NCBI GenBank assembly: GCA_039818205.1
Contig: JBCBUK010000006.1
Coordinates: 96,001-160,000 of the forward strand
Direction: 5' to 3'
DNA from: Verrucomicrobiota bacterium
Lineage (GTDB): Bacteria > Verrucomicrobiota > Verrucomicrobiia > Opitutales > Cerasicoccaceae
Length of the DNA stretch: 64,000 bases
Positions 28,421 through 40,746 of the stretch are shown here, piece after piece. The translations under genes and the position numbers were made by a program. Under the pieces are notes generated by a model. That model worked only from the letters and a program-made list of their open reading frames with translations, searched no databases and was not told the origin of the DNA. Each line of letters starts with the position of its first letter. The first letter of the stretch is position 1.

Positions 28421-28460
28421 AAACCGGCAGGCGTTATGAGTTCGTCTGCCGGTTTTTATT
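28421..28460 (+). terminator. Rho-independent terminator
   Basis: AAACCGGCAGGCG-loop-CGTCTGCCGGTTTTTATTT. Confidence 0.8.
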
Positions 28461-28470
28461 TGTACTGGTC

Positions 28471-29205
28471 TTAGCGCTCGGCGATCAGGCAGATCCCGTT
28501 GTTGTTGGCAAAGTCTTCCCAATACTCCGCACCGTACTTTTCGATCTGCAGCGGAGGCACTTCGATGGGAGCCCACGTCACCTTGCTAAAGCCCGCAGCC
28601 TTAAAGAGTTCGTTTTGGGTGTCGCGGCTCCACTGGTAGACAGTGATTGGCTTAGTGGGACCTTCAGCCGTATGAAAAAAGCCTTCGATCTCCCATTGCT
28701 CGCCAATAAATTTCTGGCCGCTTATTTCCACACCATACTTTCCGAAATTGCTTTTGCTGATGTCGAATTCCGGGAAAAACGTTATCCCGACAAATCGGCC
28801 GCCCGGCTTTAGTTGACGGTAAACGGAATCAATCATCCCCTTGAGACAAGCGCGGTCGGGCGCATTGTTAAGCAGCCAGATTGCGGTAACCGCATCGAAC
28901 TCGCCTAGATCGGGAAGGTTGGCGCAGTCTGCGACTTGGTAGTCGATCCCCATCGGCAGCTTGGCTTCGTGCTCGCGAGCCAGGTCGATCATTCCCTCAG
29001 AGATGTCGATGCCTATCAGTTTGCCGGCTCCATGCGCTTTGATGAGGCGCGTATAGTATCCGAACCCGCAGGCTAGGTCCAAAATTGACTCACCACAGAG
29101 TTCACCCAGGTGTGAGAAAAAGTTGAAACGCTCAACCGGTTTAAAAGTCGAGTGTTTGGCGTAGCTTTCGTACTGCGCCGCAAGCTGGTCATATTGTTCG
29201 CCCAT
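28471..29205 (-). CDS. Class I SAM-dependent methyltransferase
   Basis: ILDLACGFG, GIDISEGMI, LKPGGRF. Confidence 0.9.
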   Translation of the reverse strand: MGEQYDQLAAQYESYAKHSTFKPVERFNFFSHLGELCGESILDLACGFGYYTRLIKAHGAGKLIGIDISEGMIDLAREHEAKLPMGIDYQVADCANLPDLGEFDAVTAIWLLNNAPDRACLKGMIDSVYRQLKPGGRFVGITFFPEFDISKSNFGKYGVEISGQKFIGEQWEIEGFFHTAEGPTKPITVYQWSRDTQNELFKAAGFSKVTWAPIEVPPLQIEKYGAEYWEDFANNNGICLIAER

Positions 29206-29372
29206 GCCGGTGAAGCATGGGGATCAACGCGCCAAGTGCACGATCAATCGATCGAGATGAGCAGCAGCGATGGCGGGAGGTCAATCCGTATATCTAATCT
29301 ATCAGGCAGGAGGTCAGCTGGGGAGGATAAGGTAGGCCTCCCCCGGAGAATGGGGTAACAAGCAATAGTGGA

Positions 29373-29858
29373 TCACAAGCAGTTATGCAGAAAGAGTTTT
29401 GCCTCACCGCCGGTCAGGACGATGGTCTCCCCGGGCATGCGAATTACGATGCGTTTGCGGTCGGAGGAGATGTTGGTGTCGAGCGTGTTGTAGGACGCAT
29501 ACTTCAACACGTCGCGCAGCTTGTCCCAGTAGGCAACCGTCGGCACGGTCTTGACCATCATCATGTAAAAGCCAGCGAGTGTTGCGATGAAGGTCGTCAC
29601 CAGGCAGATTGACCAGTAAGTGACAGTGGAAACCGGAAAGGCACCGTTGAAGAACCAGGCTCCAGCCAATAGGCCAAGGCCAAGCACACCTGCAAAGATC
29701 GAATTTATCTTCAAGCCCCGGTAATAATACCGCAGCGCAAGGCGTTCGATGTCGCTGGAAAGTTTCTCGGTATACTGGAAGCGAACGCGGTGGCTCGCGA
29801 AGGGGATCAAGGTGTCACTGGCGCTACCCAAGTTTAAGGAAAAGGATGGTGAACTCAT
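29373..29858 (-). CDS. Hypothetical 2-TM membrane protein
   Basis: 161-aa ORF filling the gap, two hydrophobic helices. Confidence 0.6.
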   Translation of the reverse strand: MSSPSFSLNLGSASDTLIPFASHRVRFQYTEKLSSDIERLALRYYYRGLKINSIFAGVLGLGLLAGAWFFNGAFPVSTVTYWSICLVTTFIATLAGFYMMMVKTVPTVAYWDKLRDVLKYASYNTLDTNISSDRKRIVIRMPGETIVLTGGEAKLFLHNCL

Positions 29859-30095
29859 GACAACAACGATCTCATTTAAAGTTTTTCCAGTAAAGTATTT
29901 GACTTCCCAAAGCCCTTGATTTACAGCTTTTTGCAGTAATCCAGGACCCCTAGTAAGTAACTAAAGTCACTCCTTTTCAGTAAATGGGGTGAATTTCGGG
30001 TATTCGATTTTAGGTATTTTACCCGTGTAATGTATTTTTTGGGGAGTATGAAGTCCGGGGTGTCCCCCTAGGGAGACACATTGTGGCAGGGCTAA

Positions 30096-32435
<2,340 letters not shown>

Positions 32436-32460
32436 GCAACAGTCAGACCACGACAATTTC

Positions 32461-32490
32461 AGGCGGCGTCCATCGATTGGGCGCCGTTTT
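32461..32490 (+). terminator. Terminator after icd
   Basis: GGCGGCGTCCA-TCGAT-TGGGCGCCGTTTT. Confidence 0.7.
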
Positions 32491-32495
32491 CGTGT

Positions 32496-32909
32496 CTATT
32501 GGCTGCCGCGGGCAACGTAATCTTCAAGGCTTATGGCCAGTGTCGGGGCTGCTTTGACCAGCTCGGGCTGGGTCGTGACCAGCGGCACATTGAGGTCGCG
32601 TGCAAGTGCTAGATACTCGCACTGGTAGGCGGATAGGCCAGTTTCCAATGCCAAGTCGATGACCGCATCACTCTCGACGTTGTATTGGCGGGGATGCATG
32701 CGGTCCTCGGCGACTTTCAAGATCTCGTCAGCGACCTTCTGCTCGATTCTACGCTCCCGGATATAGCGGATTACAAGGTTGCGAAACTCGGAGCGCCAGA
32801 GCGGGGCCGAGCCCCAGGATGGATCCTTTTTGTAAGCGCGCTGCGCCAATTCGGTTTGTTCTCCAGGAAGCAACAAATAGGCGAGGGGGCCGGTATCAAC
32901 GATCACCAT
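32496..32909 (-). CDS. PIN-domain (VapC-like) protein, apparently degenerate
   Basis: MVIVDT, LWRSEFRN, LSAYQCEYLALA, LVTTQ. Confidence 0.85.
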   Translation of the reverse strand: MVIVDTGPLAYLLLPGEQTELAQRAYKKDPSWGSAPLWRSEFRNLVIRYIRERRIEQKVADEILKVAEDRMHPRQYNVESDAVIDLALETGLSAYQCEYLALARDLNVPLVTTQPELVKAAPTLAISLEDYVARGSQ

Positions 32910-32943
32910 AACAGTTTAGATCTTAACCCTATAATGCTGTAAG

Positions 32944-34434
32944 TCAAGTGGTTCTGTTAGATGGCCGGTGGAGGAATTCATGCAACTGCGTGGCCATTTT
33001 CGGCCCGATACCCGGAACGGCTTGTAGCTCGGCTACGCTGGCGGCTCGCATCTGATCAAGCCCATTGAAGTGCTCCATCAGAGCCTGTCTGCGGACGGGA
33101 CCCAGGCCTTCGAAATCGTCCAGAATGCTTTCCCGGATTTTCTTACTTCGCAGCTCAGCATTGAAGGTGTTGGCAAAGCGGTGGGCCTCATCGCGTAAGC
33201 GCTGGAGAAGCTGCAGGGCCGGGTTGTGCCGCGGTAGCAAGATGGGTTCGCGCTCGTCGGGGAAAACGATTGTTTCCTCTCGCTTTGCCAGGCCAATCAG
33301 CATCGGCGGCTCAATGTCCTGAACCAGGAATGCCTTTAGCGCAGCGCGCACCTGGCCGACACCCCCGTCGATCACCACGATATCGGGGAAGGCGGTGCCG
33401 TCGTCGCGGAGGCGTCGATAGCGTCGCCCAACAACCTCCTCCATTGCGCGGAAGTCGTCGTTGCCGACAAAACTTTTGATGCGGTAGCGTCGGTAATTCT
33501 TTTTGTTGGGCTGCCCCCCCTTAAATTGAACCATGGAGGCAACAACGAAGCTCCCCGAAATGTGAGAAATGTCGAAGCACTCCAAGACCGCGGGAGGGGT
33601 TCGCATATCGAGTGCTTTTTGAAGTTCTTCGCTTGCCCGCTCGTCTCCGATGCCGGTGAGTTTCGGAGCTCGGGTAAAGCGACGCTCTGAGCTGATTGTC
33701 TTTTTGAGTGCGAACATGATGTCCCGCAGCTCGGCGGCCTTTTCGAAGCGCTGATCTAGGGCAGCTTGCTTCATTTCTTCGGTCAGTGTCTCGAGCCATT
33801 CGCGGGTTTTGCCCTCTAAAAATTCGAGGGCCTGTTCGACTCGCTCTTGATACTCTCCGGTGGAGATCTCGTCGGTTTGCGCGTAGATTTCCGCTCGAGC
33901 GTCGTCGTAGAACCGCCATTTTCCATTCTCGAGGCGTTGTGGTTTCGCATCACCTAGGAGAATGCCGAATTGTAAGCGCATCTCTGCCAAGGTCTTCCGA
34001 AGGAGCCCGCTGTGGGCAAAGGGGCCGAAGTATCGCGCTCCGTCTTCCAGCCGATTGCGGGTAAGACGAAAGCGGGGAAGCTCGTTTCCCACATCTACGC
34101 GGACCATGAGGAACTGCTTATTGTCGGTGAATTCAGTATTGTACTTCGGCTTGTATTGCTTGATTAGTTTGCCCTCGAGCAGAAGCGCCTCCTGCTCTGA
34201 GCGCACCTCGATGATCTCAAAATCGTTGATCAGGTCGAGCATTGCGGACACTTTGGGCTGTGCGATTGCCAGTTTTCGCGATGGCTGAAAATAGGTCGAA
34301 ACCCGTTTTTTGAGGTTCTTTGCTTTGCCCACATAGAGGACCGTCCCGAAGCGGTCTTTCATCAGGTAAACGCCTGGACCGTGGGGCAACCGCCGGACTT
34401 TTTCTTTGAGCGAGCTGGAAATTTCGCGAGGCAT
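32944..34434 (-). CDS. uvrC: Excinuclease ABC subunit C
   Basis: GIY-YIG (GVYLM, YVGKAKNL), FEKAAELRD, CFDISH, IDGG, RDEAHRFA, HhH motifs. Confidence 0.95.
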   Translation of the reverse strand: MPREISSSLKEKVRRLPHGPGVYLMKDRFGTVLYVGKAKNLKKRVSTYFQPSRKLAIAQPKVSAMLDLINDFEIIEVRSEQEALLLEGKLIKQYKPKYNTEFTDNKQFLMVRVDVGNELPRFRLTRNRLEDGARYFGPFAHSGLLRKTLAEMRLQFGILLGDAKPQRLENGKWRFYDDARAEIYAQTDEISTGEYQERVEQALEFLEGKTREWLETLTEEMKQAALDQRFEKAAELRDIMFALKKTISSERRFTRAPKLTGIGDERASEELQKALDMRTPPAVLECFDISHISGSFVVASMVQFKGGQPNKKNYRRYRIKSFVGNDDFRAMEEVVGRRYRRLRDDGTAFPDIVVIDGGVGQVRAALKAFLVQDIEPPMLIGLAKREETIVFPDEREPILLPRHNPALQLLQRLRDEAHRFANTFNAELRSKKIRESILDDFEGLGPVRRQALMEHFNGLDQMRAASVAELQAVPGIGPKMATQLHEFLHRPSNRTT

Positions 34435-34563
34435 CCCTTATATTCAACGTTTGATTTCGGTCCTGCGCAAGCCCCACGGGCGTTGTTTTAATTGGCCTGT
34501 AAGGTTGCAGTGACGCGAAAGATACCTTGACTATAGGTAGACTCATTTAATCTTCCGCACCGA

Positions 34564-35859
34564 ATGTCCACTTCCGCAACAGTCGATCTAATTACTCTGG
34601 GCGACGAGCTCCTGCTCGGAATCCGAGAAAATACTCATCTTAGCTTTATCGGCTCGGTGCTTGCCCGTCATGGTTTGTCTATTCGCCGTAACCGATGTTG
34701 CCGCGACACGAAGGACGAGATCATCTACGCCTTCGAGGAATCATGGAAGTCGGCCGACATCATTATTACCACGGGTGGATTGGGACCAACCTCCGACGAT
34801 AATACTCGCGAAGTCATCGCCGATTATCTCGGTCTGAAGTTGAACTATATGCAGGAGGTCCACGATGCGATCCAATCGCGATTCGATCGCCTGGGCCGCA
34901 CGATGTCCCCAAACAATGAAAAGCAGTGCTATTTGCCTGAGGGTGCGGAACTCATTCCCAACCGCTACGGGACGGCTCCTGGCATCTACCTGCGGAAAGA
35001 CGGAAAGCATCTTTTCATGCTCCCCGGTCCATCAAATGAACTTCGCCCGATGTTTGAGGACGAGGTGATGGGCCGAATCTGCCAAGATGGCTACTGCAGT
35101 GTCGATGACGCCTATTTGCAAATCCGTACGGTTGGCGTCGGCGAAAGCGCGGTTGAAGAGCGCTTGTCTCCGGTCCTGGCGAAGCACTCTGACGTTCACG
35201 TTTCGTATTGCGTCCATCGCGGGATCGTTGATGTCCGCCTCAGTGTCGACACGACCCCGATTGATTTCAAACGTTTGCGCGAGGTTGGCAATGAGTGTCG
35301 AGAAGTCCTCGGGCCAGACTTCGTCTGCTTTGGCCACTGCAACCTAGCCAAGATCATTTTTAATTTTCTCCGGGCACATGAACGGACATTGGCCGTCGCC
35401 GAGTCTTGCACTGGCGGGCTACTTGCAAATGCGTTTACCGATATTCCGGGCGCATCGAAGGTGTTCGCGGGGGGCGTCGTATGCTACAATAACGATGCTA
35501 AGTCGGACCTGTTGGGCGTTCCCGAAGACATCCTGCTCCAGCATGGTGCCGTGAGTGCCGAGACAGCCGTCGCGATGGCTGACTGCGCTGCTGAGCGATT
35601 TGGCACCGATTACGCATTGGCGATCACCGGATTTGCGGGTCCGAGTGGAGGAACTCCAGAGAATCCGGTTGGAACAATTTACGTTGGTTATCATAGCCCA
35701 GTTGGTAGCTGGTGTATCCGGATGATCTACCCTGGCGAACGCACAACGGTTAAGATCCGCGCGGTGAACCGGGCACTGGATATCATGCGGCGCAAGCTGA
35801 ACAAGTATCAGCTCGAAGAGGCACTCGCTTGCGATTGCGATATTGAGGCAACCGGTTAA
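34564..35859 (+). CDS. cinA: Competence/damage-inducible protein A (MocF + PncC domains)
   Basis: GDELLLG, TGGLGPTSDD, GTAPG, AESCTGG, HGAVS. Confidence 0.93.
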   Translation: MSTSATVDLITLGDELLLGIRENTHLSFIGSVLARHGLSIRRNRCCRDTKDEIIYAFEESWKSADIIITTGGLGPTSDDNTREVIADYLGLKLNYMQEVHDAIQSRFDRLGRTMSPNNEKQCYLPEGAELIPNRYGTAPGIYLRKDGKHLFMLPGPSNELRPMFEDEVMGRICQDGYCSVDDAYLQIRTVGVGESAVEERLSPVLAKHSDVHVSYCVHRGIVDVRLSVDTTPIDFKRLREVGNECREVLGPDFVCFGHCNLAKIIFNFLRAHERTLAVAESCTGGLLANAFTDIPGASKVFAGGVVCYNNDAKSDLLGVPEDILLQHGAVSAETAVAMADCAAERFGTDYALAITGFAGPSGGTPENPVGTIYVGYHSPVGSWCIRMIYPGERTTVKIRAVNRALDIMRRKLNKYQLEEALACDCDIEATG

Positions 35860-35982
35860 TTTTAGACCTTTGCCCGTCGACACCCTGGAGCTATCCGTGC
35901 ATAATGGTTTCCATTATGTTGCGGTGCTTGGCTGTTGCTTGCTGGTGGGCCGCAATGAAGCAAACCTTCAACTCCATGCCCC

Positions 35983-37551
35983 ATGAACCGAGACCGCGCG
36001 ATTGATCAACTCAAGAACCAGGAAGAGCCCTTTGATTTCGTCATTATCGGAGGCGGCGCAACGGGTTTGGGTTGTGCCGTCGACGCAGCCAGCCGCGGCC
36101 ATTCGGTGGCACTCATCGAGCGTGATGATTTTGCGAAAGCAACCTCGAGCCGGAGCACGAAACTTGTCCACGGAGGAGTGCGATACCTCAAGCAGGGCAA
36201 TATCTCGCTGGTTCTTGAGGCGCTTAAGGAGCGCGGGCGGCTTTGCCTCAACGCACCACACCTGGTGAGCCATCAGGCGTTCATTGTCCCCATTTACAGT
36301 TGGTGGGAAGGTCCCTTTTACGGCATTGGGATGAAGGTCTATGATATGCTGGCCGGGCGTCTGGGCCTGGAGGAATCGCAGAACCTGAATCGCTCTGAAA
36401 CAATCGAACGCATCCCGACCCTCGAGCAGGGCGGCCTGACTGGCGGTGTGATCTATTACGATGGTCAGTTTGATGATGCTCGCCTCGCCGTTAATCTGGC
36501 GCAAACGGTATTTGATCATGGTGGAGTTGCCGTAAACTACGTGAAGGCTGTGGCTCTGCAGAAAGATGCGGGTCTTATCTCCGGGGTCGAGTGCGAGGAT
36601 GTCGAATCAGGCGAACACTTTGTTCTCCGGGGCAAGGCCGTGATCAATGCAACCGGTGTCTTTACGGATCACGTTCGCCACATGGACGATCCGACTGCGC
36701 ACACAATGATCGCCGCAAGCCAGGGCGTTCATCTGGTTCTACCCAAAGATTTTGTGCCTGGCGACGCTGCGGTAATGGTGCCCCATACGACGGATGGCCG
36801 CGTTTTGTTTGCTGTGCCTTGGCATGGGCATGTCGTGGTCGGTACGACCGATACTCCGGTTGACCATATCGACGCCGAGCCACGGGCACTGGAGGAGGAG
36901 ATTGATTTTATATTGGCCAATGCGGCCAAATATCTCGCCAAAGATCCAAAACGGTCGGATGTGTTGAGCGTCTTCGCCGGCTTGCGCCCATTGGTTCGCG
37001 CATCCGGCCACGGAAACACGGCTGCCCTATCGCGCGACCATACGATCATTGTGGCTGATAGCGGACTCGTTACGATCACTGGTGGGAAGTGGACCACCTA
37101 CCGTAAGATGGCGGAGGACTGCATCGACCAGGCGGAAATGGTAGCCGGTTTGGAATCAAAGCCCTGTGCTACGGCCGAGCTAAGAATTCACGGCCATACA
37201 AATGACCCCGTGGACGGTCATCCGTTGCTGTCTTTATTTGGCGAAGACGCGCGGGAGATTCAAGCTGCGGCGAATGCCCGTCCCGAACTGACGGAGCCGC
37301 TGCACGCCGATCTGCCTTACACGGTGGGCGAGGTGCATTGGGCTTGTCGCCACGAAATGGCGCGACGGGTAGAAGATGTACTGGGTCGGCGTTTGAGAGC
37401 CTTGTTTCTCAACGCGCAAGCGGCTCATGACAGTGCTCAGGCGGTCGCAGAAATTCTCGCCCAAGAGCTTGGACATACTAGCGAGTGGGCAGAGGCGGAG
37501 GCGCAACGTTTCCGCGTCTTGGCCAACGGTTACCGGGTTAGCGACGGCTAA
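35983..37551 (+). CDS. glpD: FAD-dependent glycerol-3-phosphate dehydrogenase/oxidase
   Basis: IIGGGATG, TSSRSTKLVHGGVRYL, YYDGQFDDAR, GGKWTTYR. Confidence 0.93.
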   Translation: MNRDRAIDQLKNQEEPFDFVIIGGGATGLGCAVDAASRGHSVALIERDDFAKATSSRSTKLVHGGVRYLKQGNISLVLEALKERGRLCLNAPHLVSHQAFIVPIYSWWEGPFYGIGMKVYDMLAGRLGLEESQNLNRSETIERIPTLEQGGLTGGVIYYDGQFDDARLAVNLAQTVFDHGGVAVNYVKAVALQKDAGLISGVECEDVESGEHFVLRGKAVINATGVFTDHVRHMDDPTAHTMIAASQGVHLVLPKDFVPGDAAVMVPHTTDGRVLFAVPWHGHVVVGTTDTPVDHIDAEPRALEEEIDFILANAAKYLAKDPKRSDVLSVFAGLRPLVRASGHGNTAALSRDHTIIVADSGLVTITGGKWTTYRKMAEDCIDQAEMVAGLESKPCATAELRIHGHTNDPVDGHPLLSLFGEDAREIQAAANARPELTEPLHADLPYTVGEVHWACRHEMARRVEDVLGRRLRALFLNAQAAHDSAQAVAEILAQELGHTSEWAEAEAQRFRVLANGYRVSDG

Positions 37552-38132
37552 GCCTGGTCAGGCTTTTTCTCGGGGGCGCTTTCCGTTGGCTGATCCGTGT
37601 CAGCTGGCTTGGCGTCCTCTTCGGGGACGTCCAGCTTTGGGAACGGCGACGATTGGTCGGACTGCCAAAGGGAGGGTCCTGCGGAAGGGTGCTCAATGCT
37701 TGCAGGTGCAGGAAAGGGTGCGTCTGCTGACTGCCAAAGATCTTCTTTGGCCTCAGCGGCAGGAGCACTTTCTTTGTGAGCCGGTGCCGCCTGGCTAGGA
37801 GGATTCTCCGGCTGAGCCGCTGGTATTGGCGGAGGAACGCGCTTTTCACGCGCTGGCTCAGGCTTCGCGGGCTCTGGAACGGGGCTACTCGCAGGCGCCG
37901 GAACAGCAACTGCTTTAATCGGGAGGGCTGTAGCGATCCCCAAGGCAATAATTGCCGAACTTGCAGCAACTACCCAAGTCAACCAAATGATCTCGGACAA
38001 AGTCACGAGTGGTCCTTCCCAATCCACGCTGGGAAGCAAGTAGTTGTGCGACAGCCAATCAAAAAAACCCGCCGTCAACCCGATAAGACCCAGGATTGCC
38101 GCCGTGATACCAAGGATCGACCGCGCGCTCAT
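37548..38132 (-). CDS. Hypothetical membrane protein with Pro/Ala-rich tail
   Basis: Two N-terminal TM segments, low-complexity C-terminus. Confidence 0.6.
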   Translation of the reverse strand: MSARSILGITAAILGLIGLTAGFFDWLSHNYLLPSVDWEGPLVTLSEIIWLTWVVAASSAIIALGIATALPIKAVAVPAPASSPVPEPAKPEPAREKRVPPPIPAAQPENPPSQAAPAHKESAPAAEAKEDLWQSADAPFPAPASIEHPSAGPSLWQSDQSSPFPKLDVPEEDAKPADTDQPTESAPEKKPDQA

Positions 38133-38153
38133 ATGAGATGGATAAGAAAGAGT

Positions 38154-38297
38154 TTAGGACTTGGCCCAGGAGTCTTCTTGGCGCTTGAGGAACTCTTCGT
38201 AGATCGCGAGAACGACGACAAGCTTGAAGGCAGTAGCGATTGCACCCAATACGATTAATGGGCCAAGAAGGTTATTGAACTCGAATGGTGGATACAT
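38154..38297 (-). CDS. Putative 47-aa single-pass membrane protein
   Basis: MYPPFEFNNLLGPLIVLGAIATAFKLVVVLAIYEEF...; same strand as purL and the next gene. Confidence 0.4.
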   Translation of the reverse strand: MYPPFEFNNLLGPLIVLGAIATAFKLVVVLAIYEEFLKRQEDSWAKS

Positions 38298-38395
38298 AGC
38301 CGAAGAGTTAAACGGGTAATGTCCGAAGGATAAAGGAAAATATCTGACCGCCTGGACCTCGCCCGAAACCAATTCCGGTGTCGGGCATTGCGCCA

Positions 38396-40717
38396 TTAAT
38401 CATCAATCTTCATCTTTTCCGGGATCGACGAATCCCAGGCTGTGCGGAGTTCCTCCATATCCCATTCGAGCGGTTTCTCCAGATTCGGAGCCTCGATGTG
38501 CAAAATGTGGTCGTCGTTGGCCTCACCAAGAATGTCAGCATGGATGTCGTACCGCTCGGCGTCGTGCACGACGTGATCGGCCCGGTTGGCATCCACGGCA
38601 AGGAGGATACGGCCTTGGCTTTCTCCGTAGAACAGTGCGTCCCAGCGATCAATCGGTAGATCCTCGAGATTGAGGTCGGCACCAAAGGTATGGTCTCGTG
38701 CAAAGAGCATCTCACAGAGTGCGACTAGGAGGCCGCCTTCGGCGATGTCATGAGCTGCGTGGATGCGGCCCTTTTGAATTTGCACCTGAAGGAAGTCCAT
38801 TAGTGCGGCCTGGTTTTCCAGGTCCATGCGCGGCGGCTTGCCGGTTTTCAGGTCGTGAATGACCCGCAGGAAGGCGCTACATCCAAGTTCGTTGGGCACG
38901 TCGCCGAGGAGGACAAGTGCTTCGGAGCCCTTGCTGATCGTCGAGGTCGTGATGAACTGGCGGCTGTCGATAATGCCGACCACAGAGACAACCGGAGTTG
39001 GGTCGATCTTCGATTCCTGGTTTTCGTTGTAGAGGCTTACATTGCCTCCAACGACCGGGACGTCAAAGAACTCGCAGGTTTCGGCCAAGCCGCGAACTGA
39101 TTCCTGCAGCATGTAGTAGGAGTCCGGCTTGTTCGGATTACCGAAATTCAAATTGTTGGTCATCGCCAACGGGCGTGCACCGGCGCAGGCGAGGTTGCGA
39201 ATGGCTTCGGCTACGGCAATTTTTCCGCCTTCATACGGGTCGGCCCAGCAGTAGCGGCTATTGCAGTCGTTTGAAATTGCGATGTATTTGTCCTTGTCGG
39301 GTCCACCCATGCGAAGGCGAATGACGGACGCATCGGATTGCCCAGGATGCATCACCGTATTGGTCATGACCATCTGGTCATACTGGCGATGGATCCAATT
39401 CTTGTTGGCAATCGACGGATCGGCGAGCAGCTTGACCAGTGCGTCCATCAGGCCGTCACGATCAAGGTCTGGAAGGTCTTCTACGTTCCAGCCCTGAACC
39501 TCGTCCATATAGTCTGGGCGCTCGGCTTCGGGATCGTTTAGTGGCGCGTCATCCGTTAGCTTTTTGGCCGGGATGCGGGCAACAACCTCGCCGCCTTGTT
39601 TGACGACCATGTTTTTGCCTTTGACCACCTTTCCGATCTTAGCGGCGTGGAGATCCCACTTATCGAAAATTTGTTCCAGCTCTTCTTCGCGGCCCTTTTG
39701 GGCAATGACCAACATCCGCTCCTGGCTTTCGGAAAGCATGATCTCGTAGGAGTTCATACCCGTTTCCCGTTGTGGGACGAGGTCGAGCTCGATCTCGACT
39801 CCAGTATTGCCGCGGGCGGCGGTCTCGCAGGTCGAGCAGGTGAGCCCGGCTGCGCCCATGTCCTGGATGCCAACGACGAGACCTTCTTGGCCCATCATTT
39901 CCAGGCAGGCTTCCATCAGCAGCTTGCCCATGAAGGGGTCGCCCTTTTGGACTGCTGGACGATCCTCGGCCGATTCCTCGGAAAGTTCTTTGGAGGCAAA
40001 ACTTGCTCCACCAAGGCCATCACGACCGGTGGCTGCGCCCACGTAATAGACTGGATTGCCAACACCGCTGGCCGCGCCGCGCTTGATCTGGTCGTGCTTG
40101 AGCACGCCGAGGCAAAGCGCATTAACGAGCGGATTGCCTTCGTAGCAGGGGTCAAAATACACGTCACCCCCAATATTCGGTACGCCGACGCAATTGCCGT
40201 AGTGGGAGATACCATGAACAACACCACGCATGATGCGGCGGGAGTCCGCGGAGTCCAACGAACCGAAGCGAAGGGAATTGGTAAAGAGCATTGGGCGTGC
40301 GCCCATCGTGAAGATGTCGCGGAGGATGCCCCCAACGCCAGTTGCCGCGCCTTCAAAGGGCTCAACCGCGCTCGGGTGGTTATGCGACTCAATTTTAAAA
40401 CAGATCGCCCAGTCGTCTCCAATATCGATGACGCCGGCATTCTCTTCTCCCGCTTTTACGAGGACTTTGTTACGCGAGTCTTCGTCAAATTTCTGAATTG
40501 GGAACTGTTTAAGGAGCTTGCGGGAATTCTTGTAGGAGCAGTGCTCCGACCACATGACGCTAAAGATGCCGAGCTCAGTCAGGTTCGGTTCGCGTCCCAA
40601 GATTCCTTGGATCTGCTCGTACTCGTCAGAGGTAAGGCCGTGCTGCTCAATCAGCTCCGGGGTGATATCAACGTTCAGGGTTGGATCGGGGTTCGGCGCA
40701 GGTGCTTCAGTAGACAT
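38396..40717 (-). CDS. purL: Phosphoribosylformylglycinamidine synthase subunit PurL
   Basis: [36 protein letters not shown]. Confidence 0.97.
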   Translation of the reverse strand: MSTEAPAPNPDPTLNVDITPELIEQHGLTSDEYEQIQGILGREPNLTELGIFSVMWSEHCSYKNSRKLLKQFPIQKFDEDSRNKVLVKAGEENAGVIDIGDDWAICFKIESHNHPSAVEPFEGAATGVGGILRDIFTMGARPMLFTNSLRFGSLDSADSRRIMRGVVHGISHYGNCVGVPNIGGDVYFDPCYEGNPLVNALCLGVLKHDQIKRGAASGVGNPVYYVGAATGRDGLGGASFASKELSEESAEDRPAVQKGDPFMGKLLMEACLEMMGQEGLVVGIQDMGAAGLTCSTCETAARGNTGVEIELDLVPQRETGMNSYEIMLSESQERMLVIAQKGREEELEQIFDKWDLHAAKIGKVVKGKNMVVKQGGEVVARIPAKKLTDDAPLNDPEAERPDYMDEVQGWNVEDLPDLDRDGLMDALVKLLADPSIANKNWIHRQYDQMVMTNTVMHPGQSDASVIRLRMGGPDKDKYIAISNDCNSRYCWADPYEGGKIAVAEAIRNLACAGARPLAMTNNLNFGNPNKPDSYYMLQESVRGLAETCEFFDVPVVGGNVSLYNENQESKIDPTPVVSVVGIIDSRQFITTSTISKGSEALVLLGDVPNELGCSAFLRVIHDLKTGKPPRMDLENQAALMDFLQVQIQKGRIHAAHDIAEGGLLVALCEMLFARDHTFGADLNLEDLPIDRWDALFYGESQGRILLAVDANRADHVVHDAERYDIHADILGEANDDHILHIEAPNLEKPLEWDMEELRTAWDSSIPEKMKIDD

Positions 40718-40746
40718 TGAAAAATCTGGTTATGAGTGGATGCCAA

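Noticed and set aside
37538..37969. Alternative 143-aa minus-strand ORF
   Set aside because: Out-of-frame overlap with the 194-aa membrane protein ORF, which has a better start and TM pattern
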